Shown one piece after another: positions 1 to 8,960 of a DNA stretch of 64,000 nt (positions are counted from its first letter, which is position 1; each line of letters opens with the position of its first letter). This DNA is from a candidate division FCPU426 bacterium (GTDB lineage Bacteria; Oederibacteriota; Muellerivitia; Muellerivitales; Muellerivitaceae). Both the position numbers and the translations under genes were made by a program. The DNA lies in assembly GCA_963771075.1 (NCBI GenBank), contig CAVYSE010000028.1, positions 320,001-384,000 on the forward strand, in the 5' to 3' direction. The notes beneath the pieces were generated by a model. That model was not told the origin of the DNA and searched no databases. It was given only the letters and a program-made list of their open reading frames with translations.

Positions 1-1
1 G

Positions 2-424
2 ATTCTGGCATTAAACGCGAATGAATGTCCCGCCAAGGACACGCCCGATTTAGCGAAACAATATAAACTTGTCTCGGTCTATTATTCCGTGCCGGACAAC
101 GACCAACAAAATTTCGCCAACGTCGTGTTCCGTTTCGCCTGGAACGGCAAAACGCCCTCTCAAATCGCCGTTCAATTCGTCAACCGGGCCTATGCCGACC
201 GGAAACTCAAGTTCGCGATCAAGGACGTCACTTCCAAAAAACTCGTGCTTTTGGACCCGGTTCATAATTCCCGATTCGGGACGGAATCGTTAAAGGCGAA
301 CTCGAGGGGGAAAATTTGGTCCGGTGAAGTGGACAACATCAATGACAGTTTTTCGCTTCATGTCTGGAACGGTTCGGGCGACGAATTCGACAAGGTGCCC
401 ATCTCCCTCAAAGACCAGCAATGA
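2..424 (+). CDS. hypothetical protein, 5'-truncated by the window edge
   Basis: The frame of ORF 89..424 is open back to position 2 (ILALNANECPAKD...); no recognisable motif. Confidence 0.6.
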   Translation: MLALNANECPAKDTPDLAKQYKLVSVYYSVPDNDQQNFANVVFRFAWNGKTPSQIAVQFVNRAYADRKLKFAIKDVTSKKLVLLDPVHNSRFGTESLKANSRGKIWSGEVDNINDSFSLHVWNGSGDEFDKVPISLKDQQ

Positions 425-487
425 GTTCGATAACCCGGTGGGATAATCATTTCTACCGAAAGACCGCCCTTGCCTTTTTTGTAAGTG

Positions 488-623
488 TTCACCGCCAAGA
501 CGCTAAGACGCCAAAAAAGGCTTACTTTTGGAAAAAAACAAAATCGAAACTAAAACCAGAAAATATTTTGGCGTTATCCAAAATCCTTTGTTTTACTTGG
601 TTTTCTTCGCGGCTTCGCGGTAA
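488..623. repeat. intergenic inverted-repeat element with 9-nt periodic arms and AT-rich core
   Basis: Left arm TTCACCGCCAAGACGCTAAGACGCCAA; right arm CTTCGCGGCTTCGCGGTAA, whose reverse complement resembles the left arm; same layout as 43833-43930. Confidence 0.55.
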
Positions 624-671
624 TGGCCTGAACATCAGTTACCTTTTTTTAATATCAGGAATTGACCTCTT

Positions 672-2564
672 ATGAATATGGACTGGCTTCCAAAAAACCC
701 CGACTTGGCCAAGCAACTGACAGCGATCAAAAAATCGCCTCCTGCGGAAGCTTGGGGCCTGTTGACCGCGATCGCCCAACAGGACCTCAATTTCCTCGAA
801 ACCTTACAGGTGGATAAGGCTTTAAAGGAAAAATTCGCCGACGCCCCGCCCCCCACCCTCAAAACCAAACCGGTTCGTTTGGCCCTTTTGAGTTCCTGCA
901 CGGTGGACCAGCTCTTGCCTGGCATTCGGATCGGCGCGCTACGCCGAGAAATCTGGGCCACCACCTACCTGACGGATTACGGGCAATCCCTTCAGGAGAT
1001 AATGGAGCCCTCTTCCCGTCTTCACCTCTTCAAGCCAACCACGGTCCTAGTCGCCTATGACGCGATCCATTTATTCGGAACCCAGCCCTTGGGCCAAAAG
1101 GCGGAAGACGCCGACCTAAAGCTGGAGCGGGCCCTGGAAGAGGTTCAAAACCTTTGGCGGCTTTCCCGGGAAAAATGGGGAACCCGGGTTATCCAACAAA
1201 CTCCTCTTCCGCTTTTTCCTCCCCTGATGGGTCAAAATGAGCATCGGCTCTCGGGTTCCCCCGCGCACCTCTTGCGTCTTTTTAACGAGCGCCTGCGCGG
1301 CTTGGCCGACGAGCAAAAGGTGGATCTGCTTGACCTTAACGCTTGGGCTTCGGGGGAAGGCTTGAGGGCTTGGCACGACCCCGTCCTTTGGCACAAGGCC
1401 AAGCAGGAAGTGAGCCCGGTAGCGGGACCCCTTTATGGAGATCTAGTCGGCCGTCTTTTGGCGGCCCAGCAGGGACGCTCCTCCAAATGTCTGGTCCTGG
1501 ACCTGGACAATACCCTCTGGGGCGGTGTGATCGGAGATGACGGGCTTGAGGGCATTCACTTGGGACAGGGGAGCGCTTTGGGGGAAGCCTACGTGGCCTT
1601 CCAACGATACGCCCGGGACCTGTCCGGCCGGGGCGTCATCCTGGCGGTTTGCTCCAAGAACGACGAGAAGAACGCCTTGGAACCCTTTGAGAAGCATCCG
1701 GAAATGATCTTAAGGAAAAAAGATATCGCCTGTTTCGTGGCCAATTGGAACGACAAGGCGTCGAACCTTAAGCTCATCGCCCAGCAATTGAACATCGGGT
1801 TGGATTCACTGGTCTTCGTGGATGACAATCCCTTCGAGCGTAACCAGGTAAGGGGAGAATGCCCGCAGGTGGCGGTGCCCGAACTGCCCGAGGATCCCTC
1901 GCTTTATCCCGCCTGCCTGGCGAACGCGGGATATTTCGAGTCCATCGCCCTGACCCGGGACGACCTGGCTCGTACCGAGCAATACCAAAAGAACCTGGAG
2001 CGGGAGAAGGCGCAAGCCTCTTTTGGTAACGTGGCCGAGTACCTCAAAAGCCTGGAGATGGAGCTGATCTGGGGGCCTTTTGACCCCCTCAGCCTGCCCC
2101 GCGTCACCCAGTTGATCAATAAAACCAACCAATTCAATTTGACGACCCGCCGTTATTCGGAGGAAGATACCTCCCGTTTCGCGTCCGACCCCAAGTCCAT
2201 TACCCTGCGTTGCCGGTTGACCGACCGCTTCGGGGATAATGGGATCATCGGCATTGTGATCGCAGTCCAGGAAGGCCCCGATGACTGGGACATCGACACC
2301 TGGCTGATGAGCTGCCGGGTTCTGGGCCGGGGCGTGGAACAGGCCATGCTGGACCTGCTGGTCCAGGAAGTTTCGGCACGGGGAGGGAAAAGGTTGTTGG
2401 GCCGTTACATCCCCACCGAAAAGAATGGTATGGTCAAAGACCATTACGCCGGCCTGGGATTTGTCGCCTTGGGGGACCCTGGGCCGGGGGAGACCCGTTG
2501 GGTTTTAGGGGTCGATGACAAAAAACGCTTCGAATATCCCATCCATTTGAAAAAAGGAAACTAA
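672..2564 (+). CDS. FkbH-like HAD-IIIC glyceryl-ACP transferase/phosphatase
   Basis: DLDNTLWGG, CSKND, FVDDNPFER, KTNQFNLT, DRFGDNG and LMSCRVLGR motifs. Confidence 0.93.
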   Translation: MNMDWLPKNPDLAKQLTAIKKSPPAEAWGLLTAIAQQDLNFLETLQVDKALKEKFADAPPPTLKTKPVRLALLSSCTVDQLLPGIRIGALRREIWATTYLTDYGQSLQEIMEPSSRLHLFKPTTVLVAYDAIHLFGTQPLGQKAEDADLKLERALEEVQNLWRLSREKWGTRVIQQTPLPLFPPLMGQNEHRLSGSPAHLLRLFNERLRGLADEQKVDLLDLNAWASGEGLRAWHDPVLWHKAKQEVSPVAGPLYGDLVGRLLAAQQGRSSKCLVLDLDNTLWGGVIGDDGLEGIHLGQGSALGEAYVAFQRYARDLSGRGVILAVCSKNDEKNALEPFEKHPEMILRKKDIACFVANWNDKASNLKLIAQQLNIGLDSLVFVDDNPFERNQVRGECPQVAVPELPEDPSLYPACLANAGYFESIALTRDDLARTEQYQKNLEREKAQASFGNVAEYLKSLEMELIWGPFDPLSLPRVTQLINKTNQFNLTTRRYSEEDTSRFASDPKSITLRCRLTDRFGDNGIIGIVIAVQEGPDDWDIDTWLMSCRVLGRGVEQAMLDLLVQEVSARGGKRLLGRYIPTEKNGMVKDHYAGLGFVALGDPGPGETRWVLGVDDKKRFEYPIHLKKGN

Positions 2565-2566
2565 TC

Positions 2567-2818
2567 ATGGACTCGTCGGAAATTTTAACCCGCTTGACCC
2601 GGATCATCACCCAGGTCTTGGGGGATGATTCAATTGTCTTGAATCTGGCCACCACCGCTCAGGATGTGCCGGGCTGGGACTCCTTCAACCACATCAATAT
2701 CATCGTTGGGACGGAGGCGGAGTTCGGGATCAAGTTCAACGCGTCCGAATTGGAGGACCTGAAGAACGTCGGGGATTTCGTGGCGCTGGTTGAAAAACGG
2801 ATGGCCAAGAAAAAATAA
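2567..2818 (+). CDS. acyl carrier protein
   Basis: 83 aa acidic protein with GWDSFNH phosphopantetheine site, 2 nt after the FkbH gene. Confidence 0.92.
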   Translation: MDSSEILTRLTRIITQVLGDDSIVLNLATTAQDVPGWDSFNHINIIVGTEAEFGIKFNASELEDLKNVGDFVALVEKRMAKKK

Positions 2819-2842
2819 CCCACGCCCCTTTAAGGACCCGGC

Positions 2843-4438
2843 ATGCTTTTTAACTCCACGCTCTTTCTCCTCCTTTTTTTGCCTGTTTCCCTGATCGTTT
2901 ATTTCCTGCTAGGTTACTACCGGATGAACGCCGCCAAATTTTGGCTGGCTTTCCTGTCCTTCGTCTTTTATGGCTGGTGGAACCCAAGCTACCTCCTGCT
3001 ATTGGCCCTTTCGATCCTATTCAACTATTGCTTCGGTTATTGCATCCAGCTTTTCCAGGATAAACCCAAGATCTCCCGTTGGATCCTGGCGGCGGGGATC
3101 ACGGGCAATTTGGGGACGCTTTTTTACTACAAATACCTGCTCACCCTCCTCAATTGGTTTCATGAAATGGGCGTCTATCACGGCCCCGATTGGGGTGCCC
3201 TGATCCTTCCCCTCGGCATTTCCTTTTTCACCTTCACCCAGATCGGCTTTCTGGTCGATACCCAGGGAGGGATCGCCAAGGAGCGGGGGTTTTTGGAATA
3301 CGTGCTGTTCGTCACCTTTTTCCCCCATTTGTTCGCCGGGCCCATCCTCCACCACCGCGAGATCATGCCCCAGTTTTCCAAAAAAGAGACCTATTTCCTG
3401 AACTGGAACAATCTCGCGGTTGGGTTGGGTATCTTTATCATTGGGTTGGCCAAGAAGGTCCTGATCGCGGACCAGATTGCCCCCATCGCCAACGATATCT
3501 TCCGGCATACGGCGGAAAAACATGTTTTGGAAGCGTGGACGGGAGTGCTGGCCTATTCCTTCCAGCTTTATTTTGATTTCGCCGGATATTCGGAAATGGC
3601 CCTGGGTTTGGCACGAATGTTCAACGTGAAGTTTCCCGCTAACTTCGACTCCCCTTATAAAAGCAAAAACATCATCGACTTTTGGCAGCGATGGCACATT
3701 TCCCTCACCCGCTATTTGACGCTTTACCTCTACAATCCCCTCTCCCTTTGGATCATGCGCCGCCGGGCGGCCAAGGGGATGGCCTTATTAAGGCCCCAAG
3801 AAACGACTTGGGAAGGTTTTTTCATGATGCTAGCCCTTCCCACGCTTTACACCATGATCCTGGCGGGGGTTTGGCATGGAGCGGGTTTCCAATTCTTTAT
3901 ATTCGGACTCCTTCACGGACTTTATCTTTGTATCAATCATGCCTGGCGCTTTTTCGGCCCCAAACAATCGAAAACACCCCTGAAAACCCTCGTTTCCTGG
4001 CTCGACGGAGCCTGGAAATGGGGCCTGACCTATTTCGCCGTTCTGATCGCCCAGATCTTTTTCCGGGCGAAGACGGCCAAGGACGCCTGGCAATTGATCC
4101 AATGTCTTTTCGGTCGTGGAACAGGGGACAGCCCGGGCGGGGCCACGGGCGTCTTGGAATCGATCCTGGATTATTTCGGTACTCCCGTTCCCTATTGGAA
4201 CTATTCCAACTCCCTGGTCACGCTGGGGGTCCTCTTTGTGTTCATCCTCGTGATGCCCAATGTCCTCCAGATTTATGACCGGGAAGAGGCTTCCCTGACC
4301 AAGCTTCGGTCGGCCCCGGCCTTATTCCAATTTCAATTCCGCCCAAATGTCCTTTGGGGGTTTTTATTGGCGGTGTTGGCTTTGGTCACTTTGCTGATGG
4401 TGACAGGTAATTCCGAATTTTTATATTTCCGTTTCTGA
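2843..4438 (+). CDS. MBOAT O-acyltransferase (AlgI/DltB-like)
   Basis: LPLGISFFTF, YFDFAGYSEMA, FWQRWHISL and GVWHGAG motifs; multiple TM helices; C-terminal EFLYFRF. Confidence 0.93.
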   Translation: MLFNSTLFLLLFLPVSLIVYFLLGYYRMNAAKFWLAFLSFVFYGWWNPSYLLLLALSILFNYCFGYCIQLFQDKPKISRWILAAGITGNLGTLFYYKYLLTLLNWFHEMGVYHGPDWGALILPLGISFFTFTQIGFLVDTQGGIAKERGFLEYVLFVTFFPHLFAGPILHHREIMPQFSKKETYFLNWNNLAVGLGIFIIGLAKKVLIADQIAPIANDIFRHTAEKHVLEAWTGVLAYSFQLYFDFAGYSEMALGLARMFNVKFPANFDSPYKSKNIIDFWQRWHISLTRYLTLYLYNPLSLWIMRRRAAKGMALLRPQETTWEGFFMMLALPTLYTMILAGVWHGAGFQFFIFGLLHGLYLCINHAWRFFGPKQSKTPLKTLVSWLDGAWKWGLTYFAVLIAQIFFRAKTAKDAWQLIQCLFGRGTGDSPGGATGVLESILDYFGTPVPYWNYSNSLVTLGVLFVFILVMPNVLQIYDREEASLTKLRSAPALFQFQFRPNVLWGFLLAVLALVTLLMVTGNSEFLYFRF

Positions 4439-4453
4439 TAGGACGTTTAAAAG

Positions 4454-5473
4454 ATGCATAAATTCATGATTTCTTTCACCTTGGTCCTCGCGTTCGGACT
4501 GGCCTTTGCCTGGAACTGGGGGGTGAGTCATCGCCTGTCTTACCTGAGCCGGGATTACGCCCTCCTGACCGGCAAAAACAGGCTGATGGACGGCTGGAAC
4601 AAGCCCGGATTGGCCATCTTCGGGGACTCGACCGTCATGGACGGCGTCTTGCCCGAAAGGTTGGGGCCGGACGTGGTCAATTTCGCCTTAAATGGCTGCA
4701 CGCCTATCGAAAGTTATTTCATGGCGCGCCGTTTGCTGAAAGGCCCGGTCCCACCGAAAGCGGTTCTCCTTTCCTATAACGCCTATCACTTCGTGCATCC
4801 GGATTTTTACTGGGAAAACACGGTGAAATTCGGCGTGATCAGCGGCTTGGAAGCCGACGAGGTCTTGGCCCATATCCTCGAAACGAACGATCAGGAACTA
4901 TTGACCACCTCGAGCCTTTGGCATTTGGAGCAACGGCTCTATTCCTTCCTGCTCTCGCGCGGCTTTCCCTCCTACTATATGTCGTCCCTTTTCGCCGAAC
5001 GCTATGGGGTCCGGGAAAAGGAAAACGAGGAGGCCCTCAAGGTCATCGCCCGCACCCGGGGCCAATATTACTTCCCCCTGTCGGATGGGTCCCAAGACTT
5101 GAACGCGGACACCAAATTGAAGACCTTTAATGTCAGCCCGGTGGTGGATATTTATTTCCGAAAAACCCTCGATATGCTCCGAGAAGCCCATATTCCGCTT
5201 TATTTTTACGCCATGCCCATCAACGAATCGTCCGTTCCCCATCTTGACCCGGGTGTTTTCAAAAGTTATCAGGTTTATTTGGAGGGTCTGGCGAAAGCCG
5301 ATCCCCAATTCCACATCCTTTATCCCATGCGGACGGTTTATCCCTGGAGGCTTTTTTCCGACTACGCCCATTTGAATAAAAATGGTACCCAGCGTTTTAA
5401 CAGGGAATTCGCCCGGATCTTGAACCGTTCCAGGGTCCCGGGCGGGCCTTATGGAGCCCCTTCCGGTCGATGA
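4454..5473 (+). CDS. membrane-anchored SGNH-fold acyltransferase (AlgJ/DltD-like partner of the MBOAT)
   Basis: N-terminal TM/signal, IFGDS block, C-terminal DYAHLN (DxxH); directly after the MBOAT gene. Confidence 0.75.
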   Translation: MHKFMISFTLVLAFGLAFAWNWGVSHRLSYLSRDYALLTGKNRLMDGWNKPGLAIFGDSTVMDGVLPERLGPDVVNFALNGCTPIESYFMARRLLKGPVPPKAVLLSYNAYHFVHPDFYWENTVKFGVISGLEADEVLAHILETNDQELLTTSSLWHLEQRLYSFLLSRGFPSYYMSSLFAERYGVREKENEEALKVIARTRGQYYFPLSDGSQDLNADTKLKTFNVSPVVDIYFRKTLDMLREAHIPLYFYAMPINESSVPHLDPGVFKSYQVYLEGLAKADPQFHILYPMRTVYPWRLFSDYAHLNKNGTQRFNREFARILNRSRVPGGPYGAPSGR

Positions 5474-5531
5474 CTTCATTTGGTCGTTGAACCTTCTAAT
5501 TTACCTGCCACAAAGTTGGGTTAAGATTGGT

Positions 5532-7004
5532 ATGGTTTTGACCGATTCAAAGGAGTTGTCCTTGCCCGGAATCAAGCTTTACGCGAAAAAAAAGTTCAAC
5601 CCAAGGGACCTGGGCGCTTTCGCGGCCTTAACGGGCGATCAAAACCCGATCCATATGGACGCCCTCGTCGCGAGGAGGGCTTTTGAGGGTTCCCGTGTGG
5701 TACATGGAGTATTGGTGCTGCTTCATGGTTTGGATCAGTGGGCCAGGGTACAAAAGAAATGGCCTGTTCAAAGAATAAAGTGTGACTTTAAAAAACCGGT
5801 TCTCCTGGATGAATCAGTCGAATATGTTTGGGGAGAAACCGGGACGGGCTCCATCAGGATAAGGGCCCTGGTGGATGAGGTCGTCTGTGCTGAGATCGAG
5901 TTATTCGGGGAAATGGGAAATGGTTCTTCCCTCCTCCCCTCCCGGGGAGGTCACGAGCCGCTCGATGCCTTAAAAAGCCCTTTAGAATGGGACCCGAGCA
6001 GTGGAAACAAGTTATCCGGGACCCTCTCCAATCCCCCAAACGCCCTTCTTAAAAAACATTTTCCCGATCTTTGCCGTTGGCTCCCGGCTTCGAAGGCATC
6101 CGCCCTGTCCCGCCTTTCCTATATCGTCGGCATGATCTGCCCTGGCCTTTACTCGCTTTTTGCTTCCCTGGATATCTCCCTCACGGACGACAGCCCCTCC
6201 CCCGGTTTGACCCTCTTTTCCATTCATCATTACGATGATCGTTTCCATCAAGTGGAGATCCAGGTCAGCGGTGAATGGGGAGGAACGGTCAAGGCCTTTC
6301 TCCGTCCCAAGCCCTACCAACAACCCGGAATGGAATCGATCCGGGGTTTGGTGGTGCCGGAGGAATTTCTATCGGCCCGGGCACTGGTCATCGGCGGATC
6401 CAGGGGGTTAGGGGAGCTCACGGCCAAGCTTCTTTGTTCGGGTGGAGCAAGGGTCACTCTGGGTTATCGGGCGGGAAAAGAGGAAGCTTTGCGAATTAAG
6501 GACGAAATATCAAAATCCGGCCTGGGATCCTGCCAGCCGCTCCAGGTGGATATCCTCAAGCCCCCTTCCAAAACGTTTATCGAAGCGTTAAGCGGGATCA
6601 ACGGTCTTTATTACTTTCCAACTCCCGTGATCTTCAAAAAAGAATCGAGACTATTCGTCAAAAAGCATTTCGACGATTTCATCGACTATTACGTCGACCG
6701 CTTTTATGCGGTTTGTTTAGCCCTTGAAAATAATTCAGCAAATAAGGTTCAGGTCTTCTTTCCCTCCACCGTTTTCATCGATCAAAGGCCAAACGGTATG
6801 ACGGGTTACGCCATGGCAAAGGCGGCTGCCGAGATCTTGATCCAGGACATCAACCGTTCTTTCAAAAAGGTCAACGTGGTCTCGGCCCGTTTGCCCCGAC
6901 TTGGAAGCGATCAAACCAATTCGATCTTTGAAACCAAGAAGGAGGACGGCATATCCGTCCTACTTCCCATTCTTCGATCCATTCAAAGCCGTTTGAACGA
7001 ATGA
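5532..7004 (+). CDS. MaoC-type dehydratase / SDR ketoreductase fusion
   Basis: FAALTGDQNPIHMD...VVHG hot-dog motif; ALVIGGSRGLG Rossmann motif and YAMAK (YxxxK); ATG 5532 chosen to avoid overlap with the upstream gene. Confidence 0.8.
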   Translation: MVLTDSKELSLPGIKLYAKKKFNPRDLGAFAALTGDQNPIHMDALVARRAFEGSRVVHGVLVLLHGLDQWARVQKKWPVQRIKCDFKKPVLLDESVEYVWGETGTGSIRIRALVDEVVCAEIELFGEMGNGSSLLPSRGGHEPLDALKSPLEWDPSSGNKLSGTLSNPPNALLKKHFPDLCRWLPASKASALSRLSYIVGMICPGLYSLFASLDISLTDDSPSPGLTLFSIHHYDDRFHQVEIQVSGEWGGTVKAFLRPKPYQQPGMESIRGLVVPEEFLSARALVIGGSRGLGELTAKLLCSGGARVTLGYRAGKEEALRIKDEISKSGLGSCQPLQVDILKPPSKTFIEALSGINGLYYFPTPVIFKKESRLFVKKHFDDFIDYYVDRFYAVCLALENNSANKVQVFFPSTVFIDQRPNGMTGYAMAKAAAEILIQDINRSFKKVNVVSARLPRLGSDQTNSIFETKKEDGISVLLPILRSIQSRLNE

Positions 7005-7038
7005 TTCCCTTTCAACTACACCCCTCGAGGAGACATGC

Positions 7039-8940
7039 ATGAGCCGTTTTTTATTATTATTCGTACTGGCCGCCCTTACCGCCGGGCTCGAACCTTGCGG
7101 GGCCCTCACCCCCATGGACTATTACCAAAGCCTAGTGGCGGGAGCCGATGAGGACGGCTTTCAGGATGGCGGCTTTTCCCTGGCTCGTTTTAACAATCCT
7201 TCCGGCTTGGCTTTTGACGCCACGGGCCGCCAACTTTATGTAGCGGATAGGGACAATCAAAGGATACGGGTTGTGGATCTGGACCAGGACAATAGGGTAA
7301 AAACCCTGGCAGGTACCGGCGCGGTCGGATCTCAGGATGGCCCCCTATTCAAAGCCACCTTTAACGCTCCTTCCTTACTCGCCGCGATACCCAATCACCG
7401 CCTGGCCCTTTTTGACGCCGGAAGCGGGCGAATCCGCATTTTGGACCTTCAAAGCCAAACTGTTTCCACCCTCGCGAAAGGCGTCACGATTTGGAACATG
7501 ATTTACCTTCCACAAGACGATTGCCTGTATTTTTCGGAGCCCGACAACAAAAAAATCGAGAAATTGAACATGAAATCATTGGCGATCACGGATGTCGTGT
7601 CAGGCCAATCCCAGCTTTCTTCCCCCGGGGCTTTATGCCTATTTCAGGACCACCTTTGCGTGGCGGACACGCGCTTGCCCACGATTTATGAAGTGAGTGC
7701 GAATCCGGCTTCCGCTTCTGTTTCCCTTTTCCCCGTGGGAAAGGCTAAGGATATCCTGGCCTTGGCCTCTTCGGACGGCATCCTTTATGCGTTGGAGAAA
7801 GGCGACCAGTTGGTCAAGGTGGGTTTGACCGGCCCCGCCACGATCCAATTCCCCACCCCTTGGGGTTTTTTGCTCAAGAATGGGGAACATGAAGGCGCGA
7901 TGAGCCTATTCCATCTTCAAGAGGAAAACCCCGTCGGGTTCCTTTCTTCCCCCTCCGAACCCCGGAAGCTCTACCTATCCACCCAACATTCGATTTTGAG
8001 CGTGCGGGATTATGATTTTGAAAAATGGTGGTCCGCCTTCAAGGATAACGGGCATCACTTGACGGATTTTGATTACCCCGCCCCCAAACCGCCTCGAACC
8101 TTCCGGATCTTGGCCATCGGAACCTCCCGTAATTCCACGTCGGTATTCCTACCCCCCGACCTCAAGGCCGGCATTGACGAGAACATCGAGACACCCCGGG
8201 TCCTCACCTTTTCCAAACGGTTGGAGCTTTTGTTGAACACCGAGGCCACCCTTCAAAACTCGAAGGTTCATTTCGAGGTTTTAAACCTGACCCACCGCGG
8301 GGAACCCATGAGCACCTACGGTTATTATGAAGTCCCTGATTTCGTAAAAAAATATGACATTGATCTGGTGATTGGCCTGGCGGATCAAACGGGCTACATC
8401 GATTATTTTGAGAGGCCCATGACATCCGAAGGCATCCCCGCCCATTCCCTCGATTACGAATATATGTTCAAGCCCCTCTCCCAACGGGCGAATTCGGACG
8501 TGGCCAAAAACCTGCTGGAGCGCTGTAAAGCCCTGAAGATTCCCCTATCGGATAAACAGGATTACCCGGGCGACGGCACTTGGAGCCTTTTTTGCAATGG
8601 CGACTCGCAAATGCAAAGGGATCTCCGGGAGATGACAGGCCGAAGGCTCCAACTCCTTGATCAAAAACTGAAAAATATGAAAACGTCCGGGGGAAATAGA
8701 CCGGGTTTGGTTTTTTATTACGTCCCCGGAGGTGCCCTCCCTAATGATTGCGGCGGGCCTTTTTGGAGGGAGGTTTGCGCCCAGTTCCGCTTGAGTTTCC
8801 TCGACTTGAGCGAACCTTTTAACGCCCTGAAAACCAGCTATGCCCCCGTCTATTTCGACCATTTCACGGCCTACGGAAACGAACTGGTCGCCCTGCTGTT
8901 AGGGCATTACCTGGTCGAGGATAAGTTCATTCCTTTTTGA
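7039..8940 (+). CDS. secreted NHL-repeat beta-propeller + SGNH-like domain protein (paralog 1)
   Basis: Signal peptide; FNNPSGLAFD...LYVADRDNQRIRVVD NHL repeats; FRILAIGTS and C-terminal DHFTAYG; GAGGAG RBS. Confidence 0.75.
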   Translation: MSRFLLLFVLAALTAGLEPCGALTPMDYYQSLVAGADEDGFQDGGFSLARFNNPSGLAFDATGRQLYVADRDNQRIRVVDLDQDNRVKTLAGTGAVGSQDGPLFKATFNAPSLLAAIPNHRLALFDAGSGRIRILDLQSQTVSTLAKGVTIWNMIYLPQDDCLYFSEPDNKKIEKLNMKSLAITDVVSGQSQLSSPGALCLFQDHLCVADTRLPTIYEVSANPASASVSLFPVGKAKDILALASSDGILYALEKGDQLVKVGLTGPATIQFPTPWGFLLKNGEHEGAMSLFHLQEENPVGFLSSPSEPRKLYLSTQHSILSVRDYDFEKWWSAFKDNGHHLTDFDYPAPKPPRTFRILAIGTSRNSTSVFLPPDLKAGIDENIETPRVLTFSKRLELLLNTEATLQNSKVHFEVLNLTHRGEPMSTYGYYEVPDFVKKYDIDLVIGLADQTGYIDYFERPMTSEGIPAHSLDYEYMFKPLSQRANSDVAKNLLERCKALKIPLSDKQDYPGDGTWSLFCNGDSQMQRDLREMTGRRLQLLDQKLKNMKTSGGNRPGLVFYYVPGGALPNDCGGPFWREVCAQFRLSFLDLSEPFNALKTSYAPVYFDHFTAYGNELVALLLGHYLVEDKFIPF

Positions 8941-8960
8941 TCCTTTGCTTTCATGTTTAA

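Noticed and set aside
421..675. 84-aa ORF
   Set aside because: It translates the intergenic repeat element and has no protein-like features
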